A DNA stretch of 59,814 nt from a virus (lineage: Duplodnaviria > Caudoviricetes): positions 1 through 59,814 of IMG/VR virus record IMGVR_UViG_3300032304_000176; one strand, given 5' to 3'. A program made the translations under genes and the position numbers. The notes under the pieces are model-generated. The model saw only the letters and a program-made list of their open reading frames with translations. It did no database searches and was not told the DNA's origin. Below are positions 45,272 through 53,466 of the stretch, piece by piece (position 1 is the stretch's first letter; every line of letters begins with the position of its first letter).

Positions 45272-46225
45272 ATGGAAAAAGTTGAATACGAATTTCCTGA
45301 CGAAAAGCAGGAAAAAGAGCAATTAGCAAAAGGGCAAGAAGAGCCTATTGAGTTCGAGATTGAAGACGATACCCCTCCTGAAGATAGGGGCAAAGAGCCT
45401 TTACCTAAAGAACTTGTACAAGAGCTTGAGCAAGACGAGCTAGAGGACTACTCCGAGAAAGTCAAAACCCGCCTAAAGCAGATGAAGAAGGTGTGGCATG
45501 ACGAGCGCCGTGAGAAAGAGCAAGCATTACGGGAGCAACGTGAAGCCTTAGCGTACGCTCAACGCATACAGGAGGAAAACAAATCTCTTAAGAGCAAGCT
45601 TACTGCTGGTGAAAAGAGCTACCTCGACACCTACAAAACTGCGGCAGAAATGGAGTTAGACAATGCCAAGCGGTCTTATAGGGAGGCTTATGATGCTGGG
45701 GACACCGACAAGCTTATAGATGCGCAGGAGAAGATTACTAATGCAAACTATAAGTTGCAAAAAGCCCGAGAGTATGTTCCCTCTTTACAAGAGCAGGAAT
45801 ATAGTGTAAAAGACAATAATGAAGTCCAAGTACCTCGCCCTGACCCACGGGCTGCTGCGTGGCAAGAGCGCAACACATGGTTCGGTAAGGATGAGGAAAT
45901 GACTAGCTTAGCACTTGGGCTACACCAAAAGCTAGTTAAGGAGTACGGCCCCAGCTACACGTCCACCGACGAGTACTGGACAAAAGTAGATGACACAATG
46001 CGTCGTCGCTTTCCGGATTACTTCCAAGATAGAACGTCTGAAGCGGGAAATAAACCTGCTGGACGTACAGAAAAATCGAGCACGGTCGTAGCTCCTGCGA
46101 CTCGTAGTACGGGTTCTAAAAAAATCCTGCTTAAGCAGTCGCAGTTGAGTATCGCCAAGAAGCTTGGGTTAACACCTGAGCAATATGTTCGTGAAATGAT
46201 GAAAATGGAGGCCACAAATGGCTGA
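45272..46225 (+). CDS. putative scaffolding protein
   Basis: Acidic N-terminus, long coiled coil, C-terminal AKKLGLTPEQY. ATG 45272 follows AAGGAG. Confidence 0.7.
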   Translation: MEKVEYEFPDEKQEKEQLAKGQEEPIEFEIEDDTPPEDRGKEPLPKELVQELEQDELEDYSEKVKTRLKQMKKVWHDERREKEQALREQREALAYAQRIQEENKSLKSKLTAGEKSYLDTYKTAAEMELDNAKRSYREAYDAGDTDKLIDAQEKITNANYKLQKAREYVPSLQEQEYSVKDNNEVQVPRPDPRAAAWQERNTWFGKDEEMTSLALGLHQKLVKEYGPSYTSTDEYWTKVDDTMRRRFPDYFQDRTSEAGNKPAGRTEKSSTVVAPATRSTGSKKILLKQSQLSIAKKLGLTPEQYVREMMKMEATNG

Positions 46226-46667
46226 AAACAAACTTACCCGTGAATTAGAAACTCGTGCCGTGCAGGAACGTCCAAAACAGTGGTCAGCCCCTGAGCTTTT
46301 GCCTGAACCCGACAAGCAACCCGGTTATGAGTACAGATGGATTCGTGTCTCAACGTTAAACAATGCCGATCCACGTAATATTTCCGCAAAACTGCGGGAA
46401 GGGTGGGAGCCTGTTGCGTTAACCGAACAACCAAAATTTCAACTGTTAGCTGATCCAAATAGTCGTTTTAAAGACAATATTGAAATCGGCGGGTTGTTGT
46501 TATGTAAGACCCCATCTGAGCTTGTGGAACAGCGTAATGCTTACTACCAGAAACAAGCAGATAACCAGATTGAGGCTGTGGACAATAACTTGATGCGCCA
46601 GAACGACCCTCGCATGCCTCTGTTTAATGAACGGAAGACTGAGGTTAGCTTTGGCAAAGGTAAGTAA
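46218..46667 (+). CDS. conserved head-module hypothetical protein
   Basis: YRWIR...KLREGWEPV...IGGLLLCK. Confidence 0.7.
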   Translation: MAENKLTRELETRAVQERPKQWSAPELLPEPDKQPGYEYRWIRVSTLNNADPRNISAKLREGWEPVALTEQPKFQLLADPNSRFKDNIEIGGLLLCKTPSELVEQRNAYYQKQADNQIEAVDNNLMRQNDPRMPLFNERKTEVSFGKGK

Positions 46668-46690
46668 TTCTTAACTTTTCGGAGTAATTT

Positions 46691-47512
46691 ATGGCATATC
46701 CTACTGTAGATAAACCCTACGGGTACAAGCCAGTAAATCTCATTGGTGGTCAGGTGTACGCCGGTTCGACACGCAATTTGCCGATCCAGTACAACTCGAC
46801 TAATGCAATTTACTTTGGCGACATGGTGTATTTAAACGCTGGTTACGTTGACCGTATTACGTATCCTTTGAACACTACTAATAAAACTATTGGTGTGTTT
46901 ATGGGCTGCTACTACACAAACCCAACGACTAAACAGCGTCAGTGGTCACAATATTATCCCGGTGGCGTAACTGCTGGTGATATCACTGCAATCGTTGCTG
47001 ATGATCCTGATGTCGTTATTCAGTGCGCTGTAGCCACTTCAGCTTCATCTGGTGTTATTGGTTCGGCATCGTCATTGCTGGTTGGTTCCAACATGGTTGG
47101 TACAACTACTGCTGGCTCTGCTTCGACCGGTAACGGTACAGGTGGTGTTGTTGCAGCTTCTGCTGCTGCCGCATCTACTGCTGGCTTCCGTGTTCTGGGC
47201 TTGGTTCCAGATACACAAATCAGCACATCGGCAACATACGTTTCTGGCACAGGTACAACTAGCTTGGTTGTGTCTGGTCTGACCGTCGGTCAGGTAATCC
47301 CTATCGGCACAGACGTATACAACTTGGTTAACGGTCAATTGCAGTTTACTGGTTCTGTAACCAGCGCAGCAACAACCGTTACTACGACCGGTAGTACAAC
47401 CTTGACTGTTGTGGCTTCGGCTGCGACTGTTGCTGGTACTGTCGCCTTGGTACAAACCCCTGAAGTTTTGGTGAAAATCAACTTCGGCGTACATAACTAC
47501 AACGTAGCATAA
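46691..47512 (+). CDS. capsid decoration / cement-like protein
   Basis: Beta-rich, T/A/G/V-rich, directly before the MCP. Confidence 0.6.
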   Translation: MAYPTVDKPYGYKPVNLIGGQVYAGSTRNLPIQYNSTNAIYFGDMVYLNAGYVDRITYPLNTTNKTIGVFMGCYYTNPTTKQRQWSQYYPGGVTAGDITAIVADDPDVVIQCAVATSASSGVIGSASSLLVGSNMVGTTTAGSASTGNGTGGVVAASAAAASTAGFRVLGLVPDTQISTSATYVSGTGTTSLVVSGLTVGQVIPIGTDVYNLVNGQLQFTGSVTSAATTVTTTGSTTLTVVASAATVAGTVALVQTPEVLVKINFGVHNYNVA

Positions 47513-47523
47513 GGAGCTAAATA

Positions 47524-48435
47524 ATGGCTATTTCACGCGCACAACTACTGAAAGAGCTGCTCCCCGGCCTGAACGCACTGTTCGGTTTGGAGTATGCTCG
47601 TTACGGCGAAGAACACAAAGAGATTTACGAAACTGAAACCTCTGAGCGTTCTTTTGAAGAAGAAACTAAACTTTCAGGTTTCACTGCTGCACCTGTCAAG
47701 AACGAAGGTAGTGCAATTCGTTACGACAATGCGCAAGAAGCTTGGACTGCTCGCTATAACCACGAAACTATCGCTCAGGGTTTCTCCCTGACTGAAGAGG
47801 CAATTGAAGATAACTTGTACGACTCTTTGTCGGCTCGTTATACAAAGGCTCTCGCCCGTTCGATGGCTTATACCAAGCAGGTTAAAGCTGCTGCGGTTCT
47901 GAACAACGGCTTCTCTGCCGCTTTCCCGGGCGGTGACGGTGTTGCTCTGTTCTCGACAGCACATCCTTTGATTAATGGTGGTGTTAACAGCAATACGCCA
48001 GCTACCGCTGCTGATTTGAACGAGACTTCTTTGGAATCTGCTGTTATTCAAATCGCTGCTTGGACTGACGAACGTGGTCTGTTGATCGCTGCTAAGCCTA
48101 AAAAGCTTATCGTTCCTCCTGCTCTGATGTTCGTTGCTACTCGTTTATTGGAAACCGAACTTCGCGTCGGCACTACTGATAACGATATCAACGCATTGAA
48201 GAACAATGGTTCGATTCCAGAAGGCTACACTGTGAACCACTTCTTGACCGACAACAACGGCTGGTATTTAACTACCGACGTTCCTAACGGCATGAAGCAC
48301 TTCATTCGTTCGCCTTTGGCTAACTCGATGGACGGTGATTTCGATACAGGTAACGTGCGCTACAAAGCGCGTGAGCGTTATTCGTTTGGTTTCTCTGATC
48401 CACTCGGCATGTTTGCGTCTCCCGGCGCGGCATAA
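47524..48435 (+). CDS. major capsid protein
   Basis: MAISRAQLLKELLPGLNALFG...PKKLIVPPAL...RYKARERYSFG; strong RBS; followed by a terminator. Confidence 0.9.
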   Translation: MAISRAQLLKELLPGLNALFGLEYARYGEEHKEIYETETSERSFEEETKLSGFTAAPVKNEGSAIRYDNAQEAWTARYNHETIAQGFSLTEEAIEDNLYDSLSARYTKALARSMAYTKQVKAAAVLNNGFSAAFPGGDGVALFSTAHPLINGGVNSNTPATAADLNETSLESAVIQIAAWTDERGLLIAAKPKKLIVPPALMFVATRLLETELRVGTTDNDINALKNNGSIPEGYTVNHFLTDNNGWYLTTDVPNGMKHFIRSPLANSMDGDFDTGNVRYKARERYSFGFSDPLGMFASPGAA

Positions 48436-48440
48436 AGAAA

Positions 48441-48463
48441 AGGGGGCTTCGGCCCCCTTTTTT
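48441..48463 (+). terminator. intrinsic terminator (bidirectional)
   Basis: AAA-GGGGGC-TTCG-GCCCCC-T7. Confidence 0.9.
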
Positions 48464-48489
48464 ACTGTACAGTAAATATTATCGTTTTT

Positions 48490-48711
48490 ATGCAAACAGA
48501 GGTGTTTATGAACGGATTTATTCAAAAACAAATTGAATCATCAGAGCGTCTATACAAAATGATGTTTGATGACCATCACGCACGTGTTGAAAAAATTGCA
48601 GAAACATACAGTCTAAGTGAAAGTTTGCAGAAAAAACTAAACGAACGTGATGCTGAAATAGCAATACTACGCCGCAAACTAGAGATTTACGAGGCTTTAG
48701 AGCGCATGTAA
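48490..48711 (+). CDS. small coiled-coil protein
   Basis: 73-aa ORF; the likely start is the second ATG (48508) after GAGGTG. Confidence 0.6.
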   Translation: MQTEVFMNGFIQKQIESSERLYKMMFDDHHARVEKIAETYSLSESLQKKLNERDAEIAILRRKLEIYEALERM

Positions 48712-48781
48712 GTTTGCCTTGGATTTGTAATATTCATGGTGTAGGATATATTTGGCGGCTAGTGAGGGCTGCTAATTACCT

Positions 48782-49102
48782 ATGGAGATTATCATGATTG
48801 CAACAATTACTTTTGCATTTGATTTGGACGATTTGCTTGATGCGTTGGACTTGGAGTTGATTGAAGACGAAGAATACGATTTTGAACTTGATTGCGACGA
48901 AGACGGCAATCTTTGGTTTTACGACGAAGAAACAGATACTGATTACTACTTTGACGAAGACTTAGATGATTGGGCCGAAGTTGACGTAGAAGGCACCGTT
49001 TGGTATTTGGACGAAGAAACAGATATCCTTTATTACTTCGATGACGAAGCTGATGATTGGGTTGAAGTTGATTCGGAAGATGAAGACGTAGCAGCTTGGT
49101 AA
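48782..49102 (+). CDS. hyperacidic aromatic-repeat protein
   Basis: About 45 D/E in 106 aa, no K, R or H, with an internal 29-aa duplication. Confidence 0.75.
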   Translation: MEIIMIATITFAFDLDDLLDALDLELIEDEEYDFELDCDEDGNLWFYDEETDTDYYFDEDLDDWAEVDVEGTVWYLDEETDILYYFDDEADDWVEVDSEDEDVAAW

Positions 49103-49103
49103 T

Positions 49104-49460
49104 TTAAGGGGCTTCGGCCCCTTTTTTCTTTTCTAGCCGTTCGTTGTGGTGGTGTATTCGGTGGCAATTACTACACAGAACCTTACACTTTTTGACTTCT
49201 TCCGCTGCCTGTTTGTAAGCTTTATTAGTTATTAGCTTATTAACTTTACGGTTATCTGGGTGCCGCTCTATGTGGTGGAAGTCCAAGATAGCGGGGTGGT
49301 TTTGTCCACACTGTACACACGCGAGTGTACTTTTAAATGCTTTCCATTTTTCTTTAGCTGTAGCTTTCTTTTCGCGATTCTCTTTTTGCCGCTTATCTTT
49401 ATTACGGGCGTAACTTGCTCGGTTTATAGCGTTTCGGTGTTCTTTGTCTTTAGCTGGCAT
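49104..49460 (-). CDS. HNH endonuclease
   Basis: CVQCG...LDFHH...KCKVLCSNCHRIHH; antisense to the late operon. Confidence 0.85.
   Translation of the reverse strand: MPAKDKEHRNAINRASYARNKDKRQKENREKKATAKEKWKAFKSTLACVQCGQNHPAILDFHHIERHPDNRKVNKLITNKAYKQAAEEVKKCKVLCSNCHRIHHHNERLEKKKGAEAP
49106..49128 (+). terminator. intrinsic terminator, near-copy of the MCP terminator
   Basis: AA-GGGGC-TTCG-GCCCC-T7. Confidence 0.85.
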
Positions 49461-49476
49461 AATGCATGGATTGTAC

Positions 49477-49504
49477 TTGCATTTTTTTACTACTGTGTTA
49501 TAAC
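49477..49504 (+). promoter_or_regulatory. candidate promoter
   Basis: TTGCAT-16 nt-TATAAC with TGn; same layout as 39902-39929. Confidence 0.55.
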
Positions 49505-49513
49505 ACTAACATT

Positions 49514-49582
49514 CCGGGACATACCGGTATGCCAAATAGCCCCGGCTAGTTACATGCAAATTGGCGTACTTAACTCGCATGT
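49514..49582 (+). ncRNA. candidate interlocked double-pseudoknot leader RNA
   Basis: CCGGG/CCCGG, GTATGCCAA/TTGGCGTAC and ACATGC/GCATGT interleaved, ending at the GAGGA RBS. Confidence 0.55.
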
Positions 49583-49596
49583 GAGGAAAATTTATT

Positions 49597-50100
49597 ATGG
49601 GTTTCGCTACTCACCTTGGCCCTTGGCTCTTGGGCACCGTTAAAAACACAACCGGCACTACTGCTGGCACAATCCGCAACATGGGCGCAACTATTGTTGC
49701 TCAGACTTATACAGCCCCTACTTCCGTAATTTTGGCAAGCCCCACAGCGCAACAGATGTTTGTGCTCCCTGCTGGCGCTAAGATCGTTCGTTTTGGCCTT
49801 GAAGTTAACGTAGCTTTAACCGGCGCGACTAACTGCGGCGTTACTATTGGTAGCAGCGGTACAGCTAACCTGTACATGGCTTCGGTTAACACCGGTACTT
49901 CGGCGGTTCAAACTTCTCCAGCTACCATCGCAGCAGCTACTTCAGGTCTTTACGACAACATCGGTACAACTGACGCAATTATCTTTGGTACGTTTACCGC
50001 AGCTACTGCTGATGCTACTGCTGGTACGATCACTGTTACTGTTGAGTACATCGTTCGTGGTTCAGACGGCGCTGCCAACCCTACTGTTTCGCAAAACTAA
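49597..50100 (+). CDS. virion structural protein (decoration-like)
   Basis: T/A/G-rich beta protein with LPAGAKI and a GTITVTVEY end. Confidence 0.65.
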   Translation: MGFATHLGPWLLGTVKNTTGTTAGTIRNMGATIVAQTYTAPTSVILASPTAQQMFVLPAGAKIVRFGLEVNVALTGATNCGVTIGSSGTANLYMASVNTGTSAVQTSPATIAAATSGLYDNIGTTDAIIFGTFTAATADATAGTITVTVEYIVRGSDGAANPTVSQN

Positions 50101-50113
50101 TTAGGGGGGCATC

Positions 50114-50398
50114 ATGGGGATGCAAACAGACGTAAAGAGTGCGCACCTAACCGCATCAGGAACAGCGTTTAATGGTAGAACACGCTTAAAAGGCGTGTCT
50201 TATCGAGGCAATGCTTCTGACGGTTACGTTAGATTTCGTGATGGTGGTTCTAGTGGCCCAATCCTTTGCGAACTTGATGTAGGTACTAGTGATTCGTTTA
50301 CTATTTATGTGTTGTTGCCCGGTGAGGGCATATTATTTCAAACCAGTCTATACGTAGAACTATCTAACGTAAGCGCAACGACGGTGTTTTATGGCTAA
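50114..50398 (+). CDS. small virion structural protein
   Basis: TDVKS...RLKG...PGEGILF...TVFYG. Confidence 0.65.
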   Translation: MGMQTDVKSAHLTASGTAFNGRTRLKGVSYRGNASDGYVRFRDGGSSGPILCELDVGTSDSFTIYVLLPGEGILFQTSLYVELSNVSATTVFYG

Positions 50399-50645
50399 GT
50401 CACCAGCATGGACAAGGAAAGAGGGCAAGAATCCAAAGGGTGGTCTAAACGCCAAAGGGCGAGCCTCCTACAACGCTGCGAATCCGGGGAAGCCGGGGTT
50501 GAAAGCCCCCCAGCCGGAGGGCGGCTCAAGGAAAAAGTCTTTCTGTTCCAGAATGGAAGGGATGAAAAAGAAGCTTACTTCCGCGAAGACCGCGAAAGAC
50601 CCGAACAGTCGTATTAACAAATCGCTACGTGCATGGAAGTGCTGA
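50391..50645 (+). CDS. small basic protein (DUF6321-like)
   Basis: AWTRKEGKNPKGGLN...SFCSRM...SLRAWKC. Family name recalled, not searched. Confidence 0.65.
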   Translation: MAKSPAWTRKEGKNPKGGLNAKGRASYNAANPGKPGLKAPQPEGGSRKKSFCSRMEGMKKKLTSAKTAKDPNSRINKSLRAWKC

Positions 50646-50646
50646 T

Positions 50647-50820
50647 ATGATTAATCCTCAAGAAGCCACTAAAACTGCTGTAGACGCTTTATCTGTTATG
50701 ACCGTTCTTGGTACTTTGATGGATGTGCTTCCAGCAATAGCGGCGTTGTTTACAATCATCTGGACAGGGATTCGTATATACGAAACTGAAACTGTTCAAA
50801 GATTTATTCACGGCAAATAA
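50647..50820 (+). CDS. small membrane protein (holin-like)
   Basis: Hydrophobic core LSVMTVLGTLMDVLPAIAALFTIIW. Confidence 0.6.
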   Translation: MINPQEATKTAVDALSVMTVLGTLMDVLPAIAALFTIIWTGIRIYETETVQRFIHGK

Positions 50821-51179
50821 TGCCTAGCACTAGCAAGAAGCAGCATAACTTAATGGAAGCGGTTGCCCACAATCCCGCTTTTGCTAAGAAGGTTGGTATT
50901 AAGCAGTCCGTGGGTAAGGAGTTCGCGTCTGCGGACAAAGGTAAATCTTTTAAACGAGGTGGTGAAATGGCAAAAGCAAATCCGTTCATGGAAATGATCG
51001 CTAAGAAAAAAGAAGCGGCTGGTAAGAAAGACAAGATGCCAATGAAAAAAGGCGGCACGGCTACTAAGAAGATGGCTTCAGGTGGTTTGGCTGCTGGTCA
51101 CAAGTCGGCTGACGGTATTGCTACTAAAGGCAAAACTAAGGCTAAGCAGATCACAATGAAAAAAGGCGGGTACTGCTAA
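50820..51179 (+). CDS. small basic protein with four xxxGG motifs
   Basis: FKRGG, MKKGG, MASGG, MKKGG and ADGIATKGKTK. Confidence 0.75.
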   Translation: MPSTSKKQHNLMEAVAHNPAFAKKVGIKQSVGKEFASADKGKSFKRGGEMAKANPFMEMIAKKKEAAGKKDKMPMKKGGTATKKMASGGLAAGHKSADGIATKGKTKAKQITMKKGGYC

Positions 51180-51454
51180 TGATGGCCTCGCGTGGAATGG
51201 GTGATATTGCCCCTTCTAAAATGCCCGGCGGGGAGAAGAAAGCCCGTCGGGACGACACCGATTTCACCCAATACAAAGAGGGTGGGAAGGTTAATGCTGC
51301 TGGTAACTACACTAAACCAAGCTTGCGCAAACGTATTGTTAGCCAAGTGAAAGCCGCAGCAACGCATGGCACAGGTGCAGGGCAGTGGTCAGCTCGCAAA
51401 GCGCAGTTGGTTGCTAAGAAGTATAAAGCCGCTGGTGGAGGTTACCGTGACTGA
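51179..51454 (+). CDS. small basic protein (DUF5872 N-half-like)
   Basis: YKEGG then NYTKPSLR...GQWSARKAQLVAKKYKAAGGGY. Confidence 0.65.
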   Translation: MMASRGMGDIAPSKMPGGEKKARRDDTDFTQYKEGGKVNAAGNYTKPSLRKRIVSQVKAAATHGTGAGQWSARKAQLVAKKYKAAGGGYRD

Positions 51455-51563
51455 ACACATAGAAGATTGCTTGGTTGACATAACGGGTGAATGCACTTGC
51501 GATGCTATGACGGACGAGCAGATAGACCTTGAGTTGTTGGAAAAAGAGGAAGCAAAAGATTGA
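51447..51563 (+). CDS. 38-aa acidic Cys-containing peptide
   Basis: GTG 51447 after GGAGG; fills the gap and overlaps both neighbours. Confidence 0.5.
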   Translation: MTEHIEDCLVDITGECTCDAMTDEQIDLELLEKEEAKD

Positions 51564-51793
51564 AAGCCCCGCAACAAAGCTTGAAAAGTTGGGGAGATCA
51601 GAAATGGCGAACCAAAAGCGGAAAGCCCTCGTCAAAGACAGGAGAGCGGTATCTCCCGGAAAAGGCAATCAAGGCATTAAGCCCAGCAGAGTATGCCGCC
51701 ACGACGAAGGCAAAGCGGGTAGGGAAGAAAGCAGGAAAGCAGTTTGTAGCGCAGCCTAAAGGCATTGCAAAGAAAACAGCGGGGTTTAGATAA
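51560..51793 (+). CDS. small basic protein (DUF5872 C-half-like)
   Basis: QQSLKSW..QKWRTK...ERYLPEKA...GKQFV. Confidence 0.65.
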   Translation: MKAPQQSLKSWGDQKWRTKSGKPSSKTGERYLPEKAIKALSPAEYAATTKAKRVGKKAGKQFVAQPKGIAKKTAGFR

Positions 51794-52536
51794 TGGCTGT
51801 AACCACAAGCACAACAGCGTTTAACCCGACAGTTAATGAACTGTTTGAGGAAGCGTTTGAGCGTTGCGGCTTGGAGTTGCGTTCTGGTTATGACTTTCGT
51901 ACAGCGCGTCGTAGCTTAAATTTTCTTATTACCGAATGGGCAAACCGTGGGCTAAACCTGTGGACTGTTGAACAAGGACAGATTCCATTAGTACAGGGAC
52001 AGTACATTTATGATTTACCTAATGATACCGTTGATCTTATTGAGCATGTTATACGCACTAGTCCCGGACAAGTTGGTAATCAGACAGATATAAACATTAG
52101 CCGGATTAGTGTATCTACCTATTCGACTATACCGAACAAATTAACGCAGGGCCGTCCGATCCAAGTGTGGGTTAACCGCAGATCAGGACAAACAAGCGAC
52201 GTAACAGGCGCTACACCCCAAGTGCCACAGATTAATGTATGGCCTTCACCTGATCAAGGCACTACTGGGTCACCGTATTATTATTTTGTGTACTGGCGCT
52301 TGCGCCGCATGACTGATACGGGTACTGGAACAAACGTAGAAGATATACCATTCCGCTTCCAAAATTGTATGGTTGCTGGGTTGGCGTATATGATTGCTAC
52401 TAAAAAGCTAGACGTGCCAATAGAAAGAATTGCTTTACTTAAAGCCCAATATGACGAGGCTTGGGACTTTGCTTCATCTGAGGATAGGGAAAAAGCGCCG
52501 GATAGATTTGTGCCGCGTACTACGTTCTATAGGTAA
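51793..52536 (+). CDS. head-tail adaptor / tail tubular protein A-like
   Basis: EEAFERCG...ARRSLN...WANRGLNLW...VWPSPD...DIPFRF. Confidence 0.65.
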   Translation: MAVTTSTTAFNPTVNELFEEAFERCGLELRSGYDFRTARRSLNFLITEWANRGLNLWTVEQGQIPLVQGQYIYDLPNDTVDLIEHVIRTSPGQVGNQTDINISRISVSTYSTIPNKLTQGRPIQVWVNRRSGQTSDVTGATPQVPQINVWPSPDQGTTGSPYYYFVYWRLRRMTDTGTGTNVEDIPFRFQNCMVAGLAYMIATKKLDVPIERIALLKAQYDEAWDFASSEDREKAPDRFVPRTTFYR

Positions 52537-52539
52537 TGT

Positions 52540-52962
52540 ATGGGAAGTAAATACGCCTCCGGTAAAAAGTCGATTTCGGAATGTGACCGTTGTGGCTTTC
52601 GGTACATGCTTAAAGAGTTGCGCAAGTTAACGATTAAGACCAAACAGGTCAGTATTAAAGTTTGCCCAACGTGTTGGGAACCGGATCAACCTCAGTTATC
52701 ATTAGGTCTATATCCTGTTAACGACCCGCAAGCTGTACGGGAACCAAGGCCAGACGTTAGCTACTACCAATCTGGGTATTCTGGGTTGCAAATAACTAAT
52801 ACGCCTAGCTCGTCTGAAGAGTCAAATGGTGACCCTAGCGGTGGTAGTAGGGTGTTTCAATGGGGATGGTACCCTGTTGGTGGTGCAAGTTCTAACGATG
52901 CGGGGTTAACGCCCAACTACCTGACATCGGCTGGCGTAGTGGGTATTGTAACTATTTCGTAG
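52540..52962 (+). CDS. Zn-binding hypothetical protein
   Basis: CDRCG...CPTCWEPDQPQ. Confidence 0.7.
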   Translation: MGSKYASGKKSISECDRCGFRYMLKELRKLTIKTKQVSIKVCPTCWEPDQPQLSLGLYPVNDPQAVREPRPDVSYYQSGYSGLQITNTPSSSEESNGDPSGGSRVFQWGWYPVGGASSNDAGLTPNYLTSAGVVGIVTIS

Positions 52963-52970
52963 GGGTAAAT

Positions 52971-53156
52971 ATGAAACACGATGACATGAAAGAAGACAAA
53001 CCGCTTATCAAGAAAATTGCTAAGCAAGAAGTCAAATCACATGAAAAGAAGATGCACGGTATGAAAAAAGGCGGCGTTACTGGCGAAGCTATGCGTAAGT
53101 ATGGTCGTAACCTAGCTCGTGCTATGAACCAGAAATCAACTGGTAGAGGTAAATAA
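52971..53156 (+). CDS. small basic protein with MKKGG
   Basis: 61-aa K-rich ORF. Confidence 0.7.
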   Translation: MKHDDMKEDKPLIKKIAKQEVKSHEKKMHGMKKGGVTGEAMRKYGRNLARAMNQKSTGRGK

Positions 53157-53413
53157 TGGCTAAGTTCTCGCAGAAAGTTAAAGGCAAAGAAGTAGGCCAA
53201 GCTGCTGTGTACGCCGCTCCTCATACTATGAAGGGTAAAGCTGTTAAAGGCGATCTACCTTATACCGCTGGCGCTAAAGTAATTAACGAGTCTAACCCTT
53301 CAGTCGGTGGTATTAGCAAAGGTAACTACAAAGAGACTAAGACTGACGGCATCAAAATTCGTGGTACCGGTGCAGCTACTAAAGGTTTGATGGCTCGTGG
53401 CCCAATGGCTTAA
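53156..53413 (+). CDS. small basic protein
   Basis: C-terminal IRGTGAATKGLMARGPMA. Confidence 0.7.
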   Translation: MAKFSQKVKGKEVGQAAVYAAPHTMKGKAVKGDLPYTAGAKVINESNPSVGGISKGNYKETKTDGIKIRGTGAATKGLMARGPMA

Positions 53414-53466
53414 GTTTACAATAGGCTAGGAATAAGTTTACAATAGGCTAGGAATAAGTTTACAAT
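53411..53466 (+). repeat. 22-bp perfect tandem repeat (2.5 copies)
   Basis: TAAGTTTACAATAGGCTAGGAA at 53411 and 53433, partial at 53455. Confidence 0.95.

Noticed and set aside
53411-53466. Mini-CRISPR or att site
   Set aside because: Head-to-tail repeat with no spacer, and no integrase was seen.
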